A stretch of 64,000 nucleotides of DNA from a virus: positions 7,495 through 71,494 of IMG/VR virus record IMGVR_UViG_3300050343_000147; one strand, given 5' to 3'. Position 1 is the first letter of the stretch. The number at the start of each line of letters is the position of its first letter. A model generated the notes under the pieces. It made no database searches and was not told the DNA's origin. It worked only from the letters and a program-made list of their open reading frames with translations. A program made the translations under genes and the position numbers. Shown piece by piece: positions 52,179 to 59,560 of the stretch.

Positions 52179-52598
52179 ATGGCATATCAAACATGGAAAC
52201 TCGAACAAGAATCGCTTGAAAATGCGTACGCTAGACGACTACTAGTCGAGTATAATATCAAAGAAGTCACAACACAGCGTCAAGCTAAGAATGGTACAAG
52301 AGAGTTTGAATTTCCTGTACCATCAAGAAAAAGATGGCCAAATGGTAACAGACTAAGACTAGCGGTGTATAAATCTGGTTATGTAAGAAACTGTAACAGT
52401 TGCTCATCTAACTATCAACTAAATCCAGTTTACAAATCAGAGAGTAGACAAATGTTTCTAACTGACGAAGGTATACTTAAAACATATATCTATAATGGTT
52501 ACACTAGAACTAAAATCTGGAATACTATGGCAAGAATGAAATTTATGCTTGACTTCTATATCAGAAATTACAAACTAAATACGAATAATAACGGATAA
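52179..52598 (+). CDS. Early hypothetical protein (139 aa)
   Basis: Intact ORF ending NYKLNTNNNG* inside motif copy 4. Confidence 0.65.
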   Translation: MAYQTWKLEQESLENAYARRLLVEYNIKEVTTQRQAKNGTREFEFPVPSRKRWPNGNRLRLAVYKSGYVRNCNSCSSNYQLNPVYKSESRQMFLTDEGILKTYIYNGYTRTKIWNTMARMKFMLDFYIRNYKLNTNNNG

Positions 52599-52600
52599 TA
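52568..52600 (+). promoter_or_regulatory. Early repeat motif, copy 4
   Basis: TTACAAACTAAATACGA-ataataac-GGATAATA. Confidence 0.7.
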
Positions 52601-52607
52601 TAAGTAT

Positions 52608-52754
52608 ATGAAACAAATTAAATTCAATCAAGAAACAGGTAATGTACTGTTAGAAACAGACAAAGGTTACCAAGTGCTTACTCCACTACATCAAAACATA
52701 GAGTACACAGACTACACATCGTTTTATCGCATAAATAATAGAATATATGTGTAA
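52608..52754 (+). CDS. Small early protein (48 aa)
   Basis: MKQIKFNQETGNVLLETDKGY...RIYV*, directly after motif copy 4. Confidence 0.55.
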   Translation: MKQIKFNQETGNVLLETDKGYQVLTPLHQNIEYTDYTSFYRINNRIYV

Positions 52755-52995
52755 GAATATGCGTGAGTTACTAGAATACTCTAAAAATAGCAGACGTAAA
52801 CGTGCATTTCAGCACTACGAACTCAACAAAGTGCATGGTGAATGCAGTGGTTTGACTGATCGCGAATGGAATAATGTAAAAACACGCGGTAAAACATCGT
52901 ATACTCAATCAAGTAAGTACACAATGCACAAAATGTGGCGTGATAATACACAGAAATACGACTTAAAACAATTAAAAATAATAAATAAAGCATGA
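52747..52995 (+). CDS. Early hypothetical protein (82 aa)
   Basis: ORF overlapping its neighbours by a few nt. Confidence 0.55.
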   Translation: MCKNMRELLEYSKNSRRKRAFQHYELNKVHGECSGLTDREWNNVKTRGKTSYTQSSKYTMHKMWRDNTQKYDLKQLKIINKA

Positions 52996-53192
52996 GTAAA
53001 ATGAAAATTATAGATGAAATAGCAGACGCACAAGTGTCTCACATCAAAGAAACACTGTATGAAGCAACAAATTGGGCAATGGATGGTGTTATGGAGTTTG
53101 AAGGACTTGATAGCGACGATTATAACCATGTTCACAATGCTATAATGGTAGCAGTAATAGAAAAATTACATACAGGATTAGATGAAAACTAG
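52992..53192 (+). CDS. Early hypothetical acidic protein (66 aa)
   Basis: ATGA-coupled ORF. Confidence 0.55.
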   Translation: MSKMKIIDEIADAQVSHIKETLYEATNWAMDGVMEFEGLDSDDYNHVHNAIMVAVIEKLHTGLDEN

Positions 53193-53310
53193 AAAACTAA
53201 GACATAAGCACATTAAACTACTTAAAATAACTAAGTATGAAGCGGAAAGATTAGAAGTAGAATACTACAGACGGTTTAATTACAAACTAAATACGATTGT
53301 AAACGGATAA
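53182..53310 (+). CDS. Small early protein (42 aa)
   Basis: MKTRKLRHKHIKLL...NYKLNTIVNG*. Ends inside motif copy 5. Confidence 0.5.
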   Translation: MKTRKLRHKHIKLLKITKYEAERLEVEYYRRFNYKLNTIVNG

Positions 53311-53312
53311 TA
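53280..53312 (+). promoter_or_regulatory. Early repeat motif, copy 5
   Basis: TTACAAACTAAATACGA-ttgtaaac-GGATAATA. Confidence 0.7.
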
Positions 53313-53317
53313 TAAAT

Positions 53318-53506
53318 ATGAGATGTAAATGTAATAACAAAATACCGGCAGGCAGAATAGCATTAGGTTATTCAAACTGTGTAAACTGTAGTTCAACAAA
53401 GCAATATAGCTATGTACCTATTATTGCTAACAAACAAGTTCTAGAAATACAAATAGTAAGTCAAGAACTAAGTGATCAAGTACACAAAGCTTGGCGCAGG
53501 AAATAA
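53318..53506 (+). CDS. Small zinc-finger protein (DksA/TraR C4-like)
   Basis: MRCKCNNKIPAGRIALGYSNCVNCS resembles the CxxC..IPxxR....CxxC pattern. Confidence 0.55.
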   Translation: MRCKCNNKIPAGRIALGYSNCVNCSSTKQYSYVPIIANKQVLEIQIVSQELSDQVHKAWRRK

Positions 53507-53507
53507 G

Positions 53508-53598
53508 GGAGTGATATGGTAAGTGAGACAGTATCTTAGCCGATTGTGGCAAGACAGTAACCCAAAGGTCGGCGGTTCGATTCCTTCCCACGCCACTA
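53508..53598 (+). pseudogene. Degenerate tRNA-like element
   Basis: The 3' half TAACCCAAAGGTC-GGCGG-TTCGATT-CCTTC-CCACGCC-A-CTA resembles an initiator-tRNA 3' half. Acceptor and T stems are imperfect, and the middle forms a non-canonical hairpin. Confidence 0.45.
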
Positions 53599-53615
53599 AC
53601 ATTAAATAATTAAAT

Positions 53616-53843
53616 ATGGCAAATATGAGTTATTGCAGGTTTGAAAATACTGCAAGAGATTTAGAAGACTGTGTTATTGCTCTTCAAAACAATGACTTAA
53701 ATGAGTACATGAGTGTTCATGAGGTTAATGGTTTAGCTGAACTACAACTGTTAGCGATGGATATTGTAGCAATGCAAGATCACATCGGTGATATAATAGA
53801 AAAAGAAAAACAAAGATTTGAAGCACACGAATTTACAAACTAA
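53616..53843 (+). CDS. Early hypothetical protein (MANMSYCRFENT family)
   Basis: Widespread phage N-terminus. The stop lies inside motif copy 6. Confidence 0.7.
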   Translation: MANMSYCRFENTARDLEDCVIALQNNDLNEYMSVHEVNGLAELQLLAMDIVAMQDHIGDIIEKEKQRFEAHEFTN

Positions 53844-53865
53844 ATACGAATTAATACGGATAATA
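53833..53865 (+). promoter_or_regulatory. Early repeat motif, copy 6
   Basis: TTACAAACTAAATACGA-attaatac-GGATAATA. Confidence 0.7.
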
Positions 53866-53870
53866 TAAAT

Positions 53871-54104
53871 ATGAAGATCAAAACAATTTATGACAGACTA
53901 AAACCAGGTTTCAAGTCGTCACTGCAAAAAAACGCTAGAAAATATTCTAGTGCTAAAAGGCTTAAGTACACTCTTATGTCTCAAACGTCATGGTATGACT
54001 TAACGGTTAGTCAAGTATCTGATATATCAGTTTACTGTGACATACCAACTTACAAATTGTCTGCTCAAGACTTAATGTATGGTAACTCTATAATCAATAA
54101 ATAA
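53871..54104 (+). CDS. Early hypothetical protein (77 aa)
   Basis: ATG 6 nt after the GATAAT of motif copy 6. Confidence 0.6.
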   Translation: MKIKTIYDRLKPGFKSSLQKNARKYSSAKRLKYTLMSQTSWYDLTVSQVSDISVYCDIPTYKLSAQDLMYGNSIINK

Positions 54105-54105
54105 T

Positions 54106-54360
54106 ATGACTACAAGAGTAAAAAACTTAGCACATGACAAAGCATTCGCTAATGTATACAGTCTAGACACTGACATTAGCAGGCTAAAGCAAGAAATAAA
54201 AGATGATAATACGCCTTTTATAACAATAGACCAACTAGAAGGTGTATTGAGACACACAAAACAACAACGTGAAGTGTGGGATTATATAGCAAAATTAATA
54301 GAAATAGATCACGAAAGAATAGATTACTTAGATTATGAAAAACAAAACAACATTACCTAA
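54106..54360 (+). CDS. Early hypothetical protein (84 aa)
   Basis: Intact ORF. Confidence 0.6.
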   Translation: MTTRVKNLAHDKAFANVYSLDTDISRLKQEIKDDNTPFITIDQLEGVLRHTKQQREVWDYIAKLIEIDHERIDYLDYEKQNNIT

Positions 54361-54565
54361 ATGGTTCGACGGTACGATATACGACAAAGGCGAAACAGTG
54401 ACAAACCCTTTTTCAGGCGACACTTACGAACTAAACAACTTAGAATTAAGTATGTATGACTTAATTATGGGTTCTCAAATGGTACAAAAGTACGATTTAA
54501 CAAGAAAAGGCTTAGATTGGTTTAGAAAAGCTAATCCTAAAGCTTACCAAGTGCTATTAGATTAG
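54335..54565 (+). CDS. Early hypothetical protein (76 aa)
   Basis: VTNPFSG...GLDWFRKANPKAYQVLLD, a recurring phage hypothetical family. Confidence 0.65.
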   Translation: MKNKTTLPKWFDGTIYDKGETVTNPFSGDTYELNNLELSMYDLIMGSQMVQKYDLTRKGLDWFRKANPKAYQVLLD

Positions 54566-54570
54566 CATAA

Positions 54571-54643
54571 TGACTCGTGGTGTAATTGGCAACACGTCTG
54601 GTTTTGGTCCAGAAGAGTCCAGGTTCGAGCCCTGGCGAGTCAA
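54571..54643 (+). tRNA. trnQ: tRNA-Gln (anticodon TTG)
   Basis: Full cloverleaf: acceptor TGACTCG/CGAGTCA, D-stem GTGT/ACAC, anticodon stem TCTGG/CCAGA with loop TT-TTG-GT, T-arm CCAGG-TTCGAGC-CCTGG. Followed by CTA rather than CCA. Confidence 0.92.
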
Positions 54644-54664
54644 CTAACATTAAATAATAATAAT

Positions 54665-54826
54665 ATGAGTAGATTTAAAAGTAAACTTACACCTCATTTC
54701 AAGGTGAGTTTAGCTAAGTCAGTGATTAGAGTCATGGGCTTTAGCATCCTATTGTCATCATTGCCAATAGGTGTAGCAGTATTAATAATCGCTGAAATAG
54801 TCAGCATAGGTGAAGAGTTAGTATAA
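54665..54826 (+). CDS. Small membrane protein (53 aa)
   Basis: HFKVSLAKSVIRVMGF...AVLIIAEIVSIGEELV*, two hydrophobic segments. Confidence 0.6.
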   Translation: MSRFKSKLTPHFKVSLAKSVIRVMGFSILLSSLPIGVAVLIIAEIVSIGEELV

Positions 54827-55332
54827 TGAGTACAAGAAATATGACACTAGTGATCGATAGATCACACGCAGAAGATCATGAAGCAGGCTTTGCACTTAAA
54901 CCTCAATTGGTAAGTGATAAAGCTTATGTTCACATGTATATGCATCACGACGGTTACCCTGAGTGGAGAGGCGTAGAGCTTGCTAACTGGATTCAACACA
55001 TGCAAGACTACAGAGGTTTTACTAACTTCGGTGATGGTTCAAGAATAGCATCACATTTAGTACACGACTTTCACTACAATAGTCAATACTTATATCCTAA
55101 CGTTGATTCGTGTGACCATGAATATACGTGGATTATATGGACAGGTAAACCTGATGTATGGTTAAGTGCTTATAATCAGTACACTAACAGATGTGAATTT
55201 GTTGGCACACCTGATAAACTTATAAATAAATATAAGCAGAAAAACATGGGCTATACTAACTGGACTGAAAAGTTTTTAGTAGACAGTCATGCAGAAGAAA
55301 ATTACAAACTAAATACGAAACACAATGGATAA
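54826..55332 (+). CDS. Early hypothetical protein (MSTR...HHDGYPE family)
   Basis: MSTR and YMHHDGYP motifs, common in phage early regions. Ends inside motif copy 7. Confidence 0.7.
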   Translation: MSTRNMTLVIDRSHAEDHEAGFALKPQLVSDKAYVHMYMHHDGYPEWRGVELANWIQHMQDYRGFTNFGDGSRIASHLVHDFHYNSQYLYPNVDSCDHEYTWIIWTGKPDVWLSAYNQYTNRCEFVGTPDKLINKYKQKNMGYTNWTEKFLVDSHAEENYKLNTKHNG

Positions 55333-55334
55333 TA
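55302..55334 (+). promoter_or_regulatory. Early repeat motif, copy 7
   Basis: TTACAAACTAAATACGA-aacacaat-GGATAATA. Confidence 0.7.
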
Positions 55335-55339
55335 ATAGT

Positions 55340-55453
55340 ATGTTCAAACAAACCGAAGATCCAATCAAAGTAAAATCTCATCTTGACGGTGAGTCTTACA
55401 CATTAAAACAATTGTTAGTACGTATTGAAGACTTAGAAGAACAAACAGTCTGA
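55340..55453 (+). CDS. Small early protein (37 aa)
   Basis: MFKQTEDPIKV...EEQTV*, directly after motif copy 7. Confidence 0.45.
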   Translation: MFKQTEDPIKVKSHLDGESYTLKQLLVRIEDLEEQTV

Positions 55454-55495
55454 TATAAAGTACTTTTTAGCTAATCCTAAAAAACTAAATTATTA

Positions 55496-55765
55496 ATGAC
55501 AGAAAAAGAATACGAAAAGCTACTAGATAGAATTAAATTCGATCTATATCAAGAGTTTATTAACCCTGACACTGCTACATATGGTATTAAATATGTAGAC
55601 GAAGAGATAACTCCTGAGTCATTAACTGACAGAGAAATATTGCAAGACGAATTAGGTAGGCTTTGTCTTATACAAAATAAGTATGTAGACGATGAAGAAT
55701 ACAGAAAAGCTGCAATAATACAAAATAAAATAACTAAAATTCAAAATAAAATAGATAAATTATGA
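55496..55765 (+). CDS. Hypothetical protein with a UVR-like C-terminal helix
   Basis: VDDEEYRKAAIIQNKI resembles the UvrB/C 'EEYEKAA..RD.I' motif. Confidence 0.5.
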   Translation: MTEKEYEKLLDRIKFDLYQEFINPDTATYGIKYVDEEITPESLTDREILQDELGRLCLIQNKYVDDEEYRKAAIIQNKITKIQNKIDKL

Positions 55766-56616
55766 TTAAACCAATGCTCGCATACAAAGTAGACAAAAAA
55801 CCTGTCGACTGGTCCGAGAAAGTATACATTCAACCTAAGCTTGACGGCGTAAGGTGTGTTATATACGTCGACGACAAAGAAAACATCAGATGTTTCTCAC
55901 GTACAGGTAAAGAATTTCACAATCTTGAACACATTAAACTATCGTTAAACAAATTTTTCTTTGACTATGCTAATGTAGATGTTGTACTCGACGGTGAACT
56001 ATACAACCATGATCTTAAAGATGACTTCGAAAAGATTATATCATTAGTTAGAAAACAAAAACCAACTGATGCTGATAAAGCTGAAGCTGAAAGGCTAATA
56101 CAGTTTCATTGCTATGACTATATAGAAACAGTTATGGACAAGCCTTACAGTTACAGATCTGATCAACTAGCTTGTTCTGATATGTATAACTACTGTATTA
56201 AATACGTAGAAACTACTCTAGTTAATTCTAAAGAGTCTGCAAAGTTAAGACATCAGTATAATCTAAATAACGGCTACGAAGGCTCTATATTGCGTCTAGA
56301 CAAACCTTATCAGCAAAAACGATCTTACAACTTACAAAAGTTTAAAGACTTTAATGACACCGAAGCTACAATTGTAGGTTACGAAATCGGCAAAGGTAAA
56401 CGTGAAGGTACTCTTGGCAAGTTTCTAATGCAAGATGATGATGGCATAGAGTTTGGTTGTCCTCCAGGTAAAGGCTACAACTACAAAGATCTAGCTAATA
56501 TACTTAACAATATTCATGACTACATAGGCAAACGAGCTACGTTTACTTATTTCGAACGTACTCAGTACGGTAGTTACAGACACCCATTGTTTAAAACTAT
56601 TCGTAACTATGAGTAA
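55762..56616 (+). CDS. ATP-dependent DNA ligase
   Basis: Motif I QPKLDGVR, LDGELY, YEGSILR, KRSYNLQKFK, and an OB domain ending YRHPLF. Confidence 0.92.
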   Translation: MIKPMLAYKVDKKPVDWSEKVYIQPKLDGVRCVIYVDDKENIRCFSRTGKEFHNLEHIKLSLNKFFFDYANVDVVLDGELYNHDLKDDFEKIISLVRKQKPTDADKAEAERLIQFHCYDYIETVMDKPYSYRSDQLACSDMYNYCIKYVETTLVNSKESAKLRHQYNLNNGYEGSILRLDKPYQQKRSYNLQKFKDFNDTEATIVGYEIGKGKREGTLGKFLMQDDDGIEFGCPPGKGYNYKDLANILNNIHDYIGKRATFTYFERTQYGSYRHPLFKTIRNYE

Positions 56617-56706
56617 GCTAGTATGGCAATTGTATAACGACAATATGATCAGCATAGAAGTTGCCAATATGCTACTTGATCAACATTATAACAGGGTAAA
56701 TAAACT

Positions 56707-57243
56707 ATGAATATATTTTACTTACACCCTGATCCTTATGAAGCTGCCGCTTATCATTATGACAAACATAAAGTTAAGATGATACTCGAAGCAGCACAAA
56801 TGCTATGTACCGCTCATCGCATGTATAACCTCGATTATGAATGTGAGGATATACCTTACAAGAAAGCGCATGTAAATCATCCGTCTACCATATGGGCTAG
56901 ACAGTCTGGTCAAAACTATTATTGGCTATACCATTACATGCTTGCACTTGGCGATGAGTATACTAAGCGTTATGGTAAAATACATTTAAGTATTACTAAA
57001 TGTAAAAAACCATTAGCTAAATATCCAGGTGGTATATTACATACCGGTTTTACACAACCGCCACAATGTATGCCTGATGAATATAAAGTTGAAGGTAATT
57101 CTGTTAAAGCTTATTGGAATTACTATATTAATGATAAGAAAACTATAATTAATAAAAATGAAAAACCTTATACTAAGTACCCTTTTGACTGTGACCGCTA
57201 CGATATATCACGCGACACCGTCTCAGACAGACAGTACGCCTGA
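56707..57243 (+). CDS. Pyrimidine-dimer DNA glycosylase/endonuclease V-like protein
   Basis: MNIFYL...DKHKVKMILEAAQMLCTAH...HVNHPSTIWAR...EYTKRYGKIH...PPQCMPDEYK. Confidence 0.8.
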   Translation: MNIFYLHPDPYEAAAYHYDKHKVKMILEAAQMLCTAHRMYNLDYECEDIPYKKAHVNHPSTIWARQSGQNYYWLYHYMLALGDEYTKRYGKIHLSITKCKKPLAKYPGGILHTGFTQPPQCMPDEYKVEGNSVKAYWNYYINDKKTIINKNEKPYTKYPFDCDRYDISRDTVSDRQYA

Positions 57244-57508
57244 TAGAACAGCTACAAATTTTAAAATAAATATGAACAACCCTGAGATACACAGAATAAT
57301 TGCTGTATCTCGGGATCTTGAAGCTAAAGGTTTTAAAATGAATACAGTAGTTGTAATTAGTAATGCAGGTGATATGAATGGCCTTTGGGTCATAAGAGAT
57401 AGAATGAATAAAAGATGGACAAATAGAATAGATTTCCTGGTCGACGAGACAATGAAGGGAGGTAAATGGACTAACGTAAAAATTAAATTATATGAGCACA
57501 GTAACTAA
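57158..57508 (+). CDS. 3D-domain (MltA/RlpA-like) cell-wall-related protein
   Basis: Signal-like N-terminus, VTATIYH...QTDSTPDRTA, IIAVSRDL, and RDRMNKRWTNRIDF. Confidence 0.7.
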   Translation: MKNLILSTLLTVTATIYHATPSQTDSTPDRTATNFKINMNNPEIHRIIAVSRDLEAKGFKMNTVVVISNAGDMNGLWVIRDRMNKRWTNRIDFLVDETMKGGKWTNVKIKLYEHSN

Positions 57509-57617
57509 TGTAAAACATTTAATGTCATCAGATGTTTTTAAAATAAAAACAAAAGTTAAAGCTTTTCAAAAGCCAAAACGTGACAATAGGTCTAATAATA
57601 AGAGAGTAAGAGGCTAA
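57492..57617 (+). CDS. Small basic peptide (41 aa)
   Basis: MSTVTNVKHL...KRVRG*. TAATG overlap with the next gene; spans dyad site copy 2. Confidence 0.35.
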   Translation: MSTVTNVKHLMSSDVFKIKTKVKAFQKPKRDNRSNNKRVRG

Positions 57618-57625
57618 TGTCACAC
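57580..57625. repeat. Dyad site, copy 2 (inverted relative to copy 1), overlapping the ATG of the HTH gene
   Basis: GTGACAATAGGTC...GAGTAAGAGGCTAATGTCACAC. Confidence 0.75.
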
Positions 57626-58262
57626 AACTACGTATCAATACCGCGTTATTTACAATATCTAAACAAGAGGCGGATTGTATACAGACGTAATCCTATCACT
57701 GATAAACCTACTTTAGAATTTGAATACGGTAAGTTTTATGAAGATGGTACTTACGAATGCTATGACTTATTTCGTAGTAAAGCTAAAATAACTACATACA
57801 AAAGTTTAAAATGGCATTTGTTAGTATTGTGGTATTTAAATCCTAAACTTGATATGAATAAGTTTACTGAACTAGCAGAAACTATAGCTAATTATAAATA
57901 TGGATTTATTGCGTTTGATATACCTGCAGAGTTATTAAAACGAATGATATATGATGTTAGCATGTGTGATCTTAGAAGAACCACCTAAAAACAAACTAAG
58001 AAAAGTAATATTTAATGACAATAGCGGTTTAAACTTGTCAGAAAAATTAACTATAGTTGGACAGTTGATAGGTAAAACTAAACGTATACATCAAGATGAC
58101 ATATACCAATGCATGCTAGATATTAATGACATGAACCAAAAAATAACTATTACAAAATTAGCCTCAACACTTAAATGTTCTGTTAGAACAATACATAGAA
58201 ACATGGGCTATGAACTTAAAAAAGAAAAAGAACTTTTAAATATGGAAAATGAAAAAATATAA
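57617..58262 (+). CDS. HTH DNA-binding protein (one apparent frameshift near 57975); possible replication initiator or regulator
   Basis: The fragments join at YDVSMCDL/EEPPKNK. C-terminal HTH KITITKLASTLKCSVRTIHRNM. Confidence 0.6.
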
Positions 58263-59009
58263 CGTACCTAATTATGTTAGATATAAAAAAGATGTTATTG
58301 CTTGTCAACCTGATGAAGAAATACCATTAAATGAACTAACAGAAAAACAGTTAACATATAGATTTTTACCTCTTGTAGAAAACATAGGCCGTAAGTTTGC
58401 TACAACACAACAAGCTTCAGGTGTTATGAGTATTAATGATATAATACAAGAAGGTAATTTAAACTTAACTAAAGCTATACGTAGAATAGACTGGTTAAGA
58501 CTAGAAGAATCTGACGATCAATGTTAAAAACATTAAAGTCTTTTTTATCTAAACGTATTAAAGGTGGTATCAGACGTGCTATTGACAAAAATAGAGGTGA
58601 TATAAGAATACCTGAACATAAGTTAAATGAAATACGCAAAGATAATGGCAAAGACCATCGTATGGTTGCAATGTTTTTTAATAGTATGTTTTTATCTATA
58701 GATGAAAAACCTAAAGATGACGAAGAGTCTATGATCTATCAAATAGCAGACAAATCAGAGCCTTATAATATAGGTTTGTTAAATGTTTATTTAACTGGTT
58801 TGTTAAAACGACATCTTAATGAACGTGAGTTTGATGTGTTAAGATTAAGCTATGGTTTAGACTGCGAAAAGCATTCGGCTAACAAAATAGCAGAGATATT
58901 AAACATCGAAGGAAGCAGTGCTTATGTACGTGTTTCAGAGCTAAAAAAGCAAGCTGTAGATAAGCTAATTGATAGTGTTGATCACTCGCAAGTGCTTGAT
59001 TATCTGTAG
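58249..59009 (+). CDS. Phage sigma-70 family RNA polymerase sigma factor (frameshift near 58522)
   Basis: Region 2 (LPLVENIGRKF...DIIQEGNLNLTKAI...RIKGGIRRAIDKNRGDIRIPEH) and region 4 (LNEREFDVLRLSYGLD...IAEILN...RVSELKKQAVDKL). Confidence 0.85.
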
Positions 59010-59052
59010 TTTACTTATGTAAAACTTAATTTAAATATGTAATTATATAACT

Positions 59053-59559
59053 ATGACCTTAAACCAAAAACTGGCCACAATCCAGACCAAATTTAAATCG
59101 AAAAAGAGTAGATTTAATTCGTTCGGCAAATATTACTTCCGATCTGCCGAAGACATCCTTGAAGCAACAAAACCCTATTTATTAGAATTAGGAGTAACAG
59201 TAACAATTAATGAAAACTTAGTTGAGACTAATCCTGTGCCTATTATTGAAAGTTGTGCAACAATATCTGATGGAGAAAATACTTTAAATGCTACGGCATT
59301 AGTTGGTGTTGATCTTAATCAAAAAGGTATGCAAACGCCACAACAGTTCGGTACTGCTTCAAGTTACGGGAAGAAATATGCATTAGGTAATTTATTCCTA
59401 ATTGATGATACCAAAGATGCTGATGCAACCAATGGTTTACCTATGAACAAAGCAGCTATACAAAAAGCTAAAGACTTTGTGCAAGCCGGTGGAAAGCTCG
59501 ATGCTATCAAAAAGAAATATAATGTAACTCCTGAAATTGAAAAACAAATAACATTATAG
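59053..59559 (+). CDS. ERF-family ssDNA annealing protein
   Basis: YYFRSAEDILEATKP and QQFGTASSYGKKYALGNLFLIDD. Confidence 0.85.
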   Translation: MTLNQKLATIQTKFKSKKSRFNSFGKYYFRSAEDILEATKPYLLELGVTVTINENLVETNPVPIIESCATISDGENTLNATALVGVDLNQKGMQTPQQFGTASSYGKKYALGNLFLIDDTKDADATNGLPMNKAAIQKAKDFVQAGGKLDAIKKKYNVTPEIEKQITL

Positions 59560-59560
59560 T

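Noticed and set aside
50949-55334. The seven-copy repeat as a CRISPR array
   Set aside because: The units are 230-1470 nt apart and contain ORFs, the repeat has an internal variable 8-mer, and no cas genes were seen.
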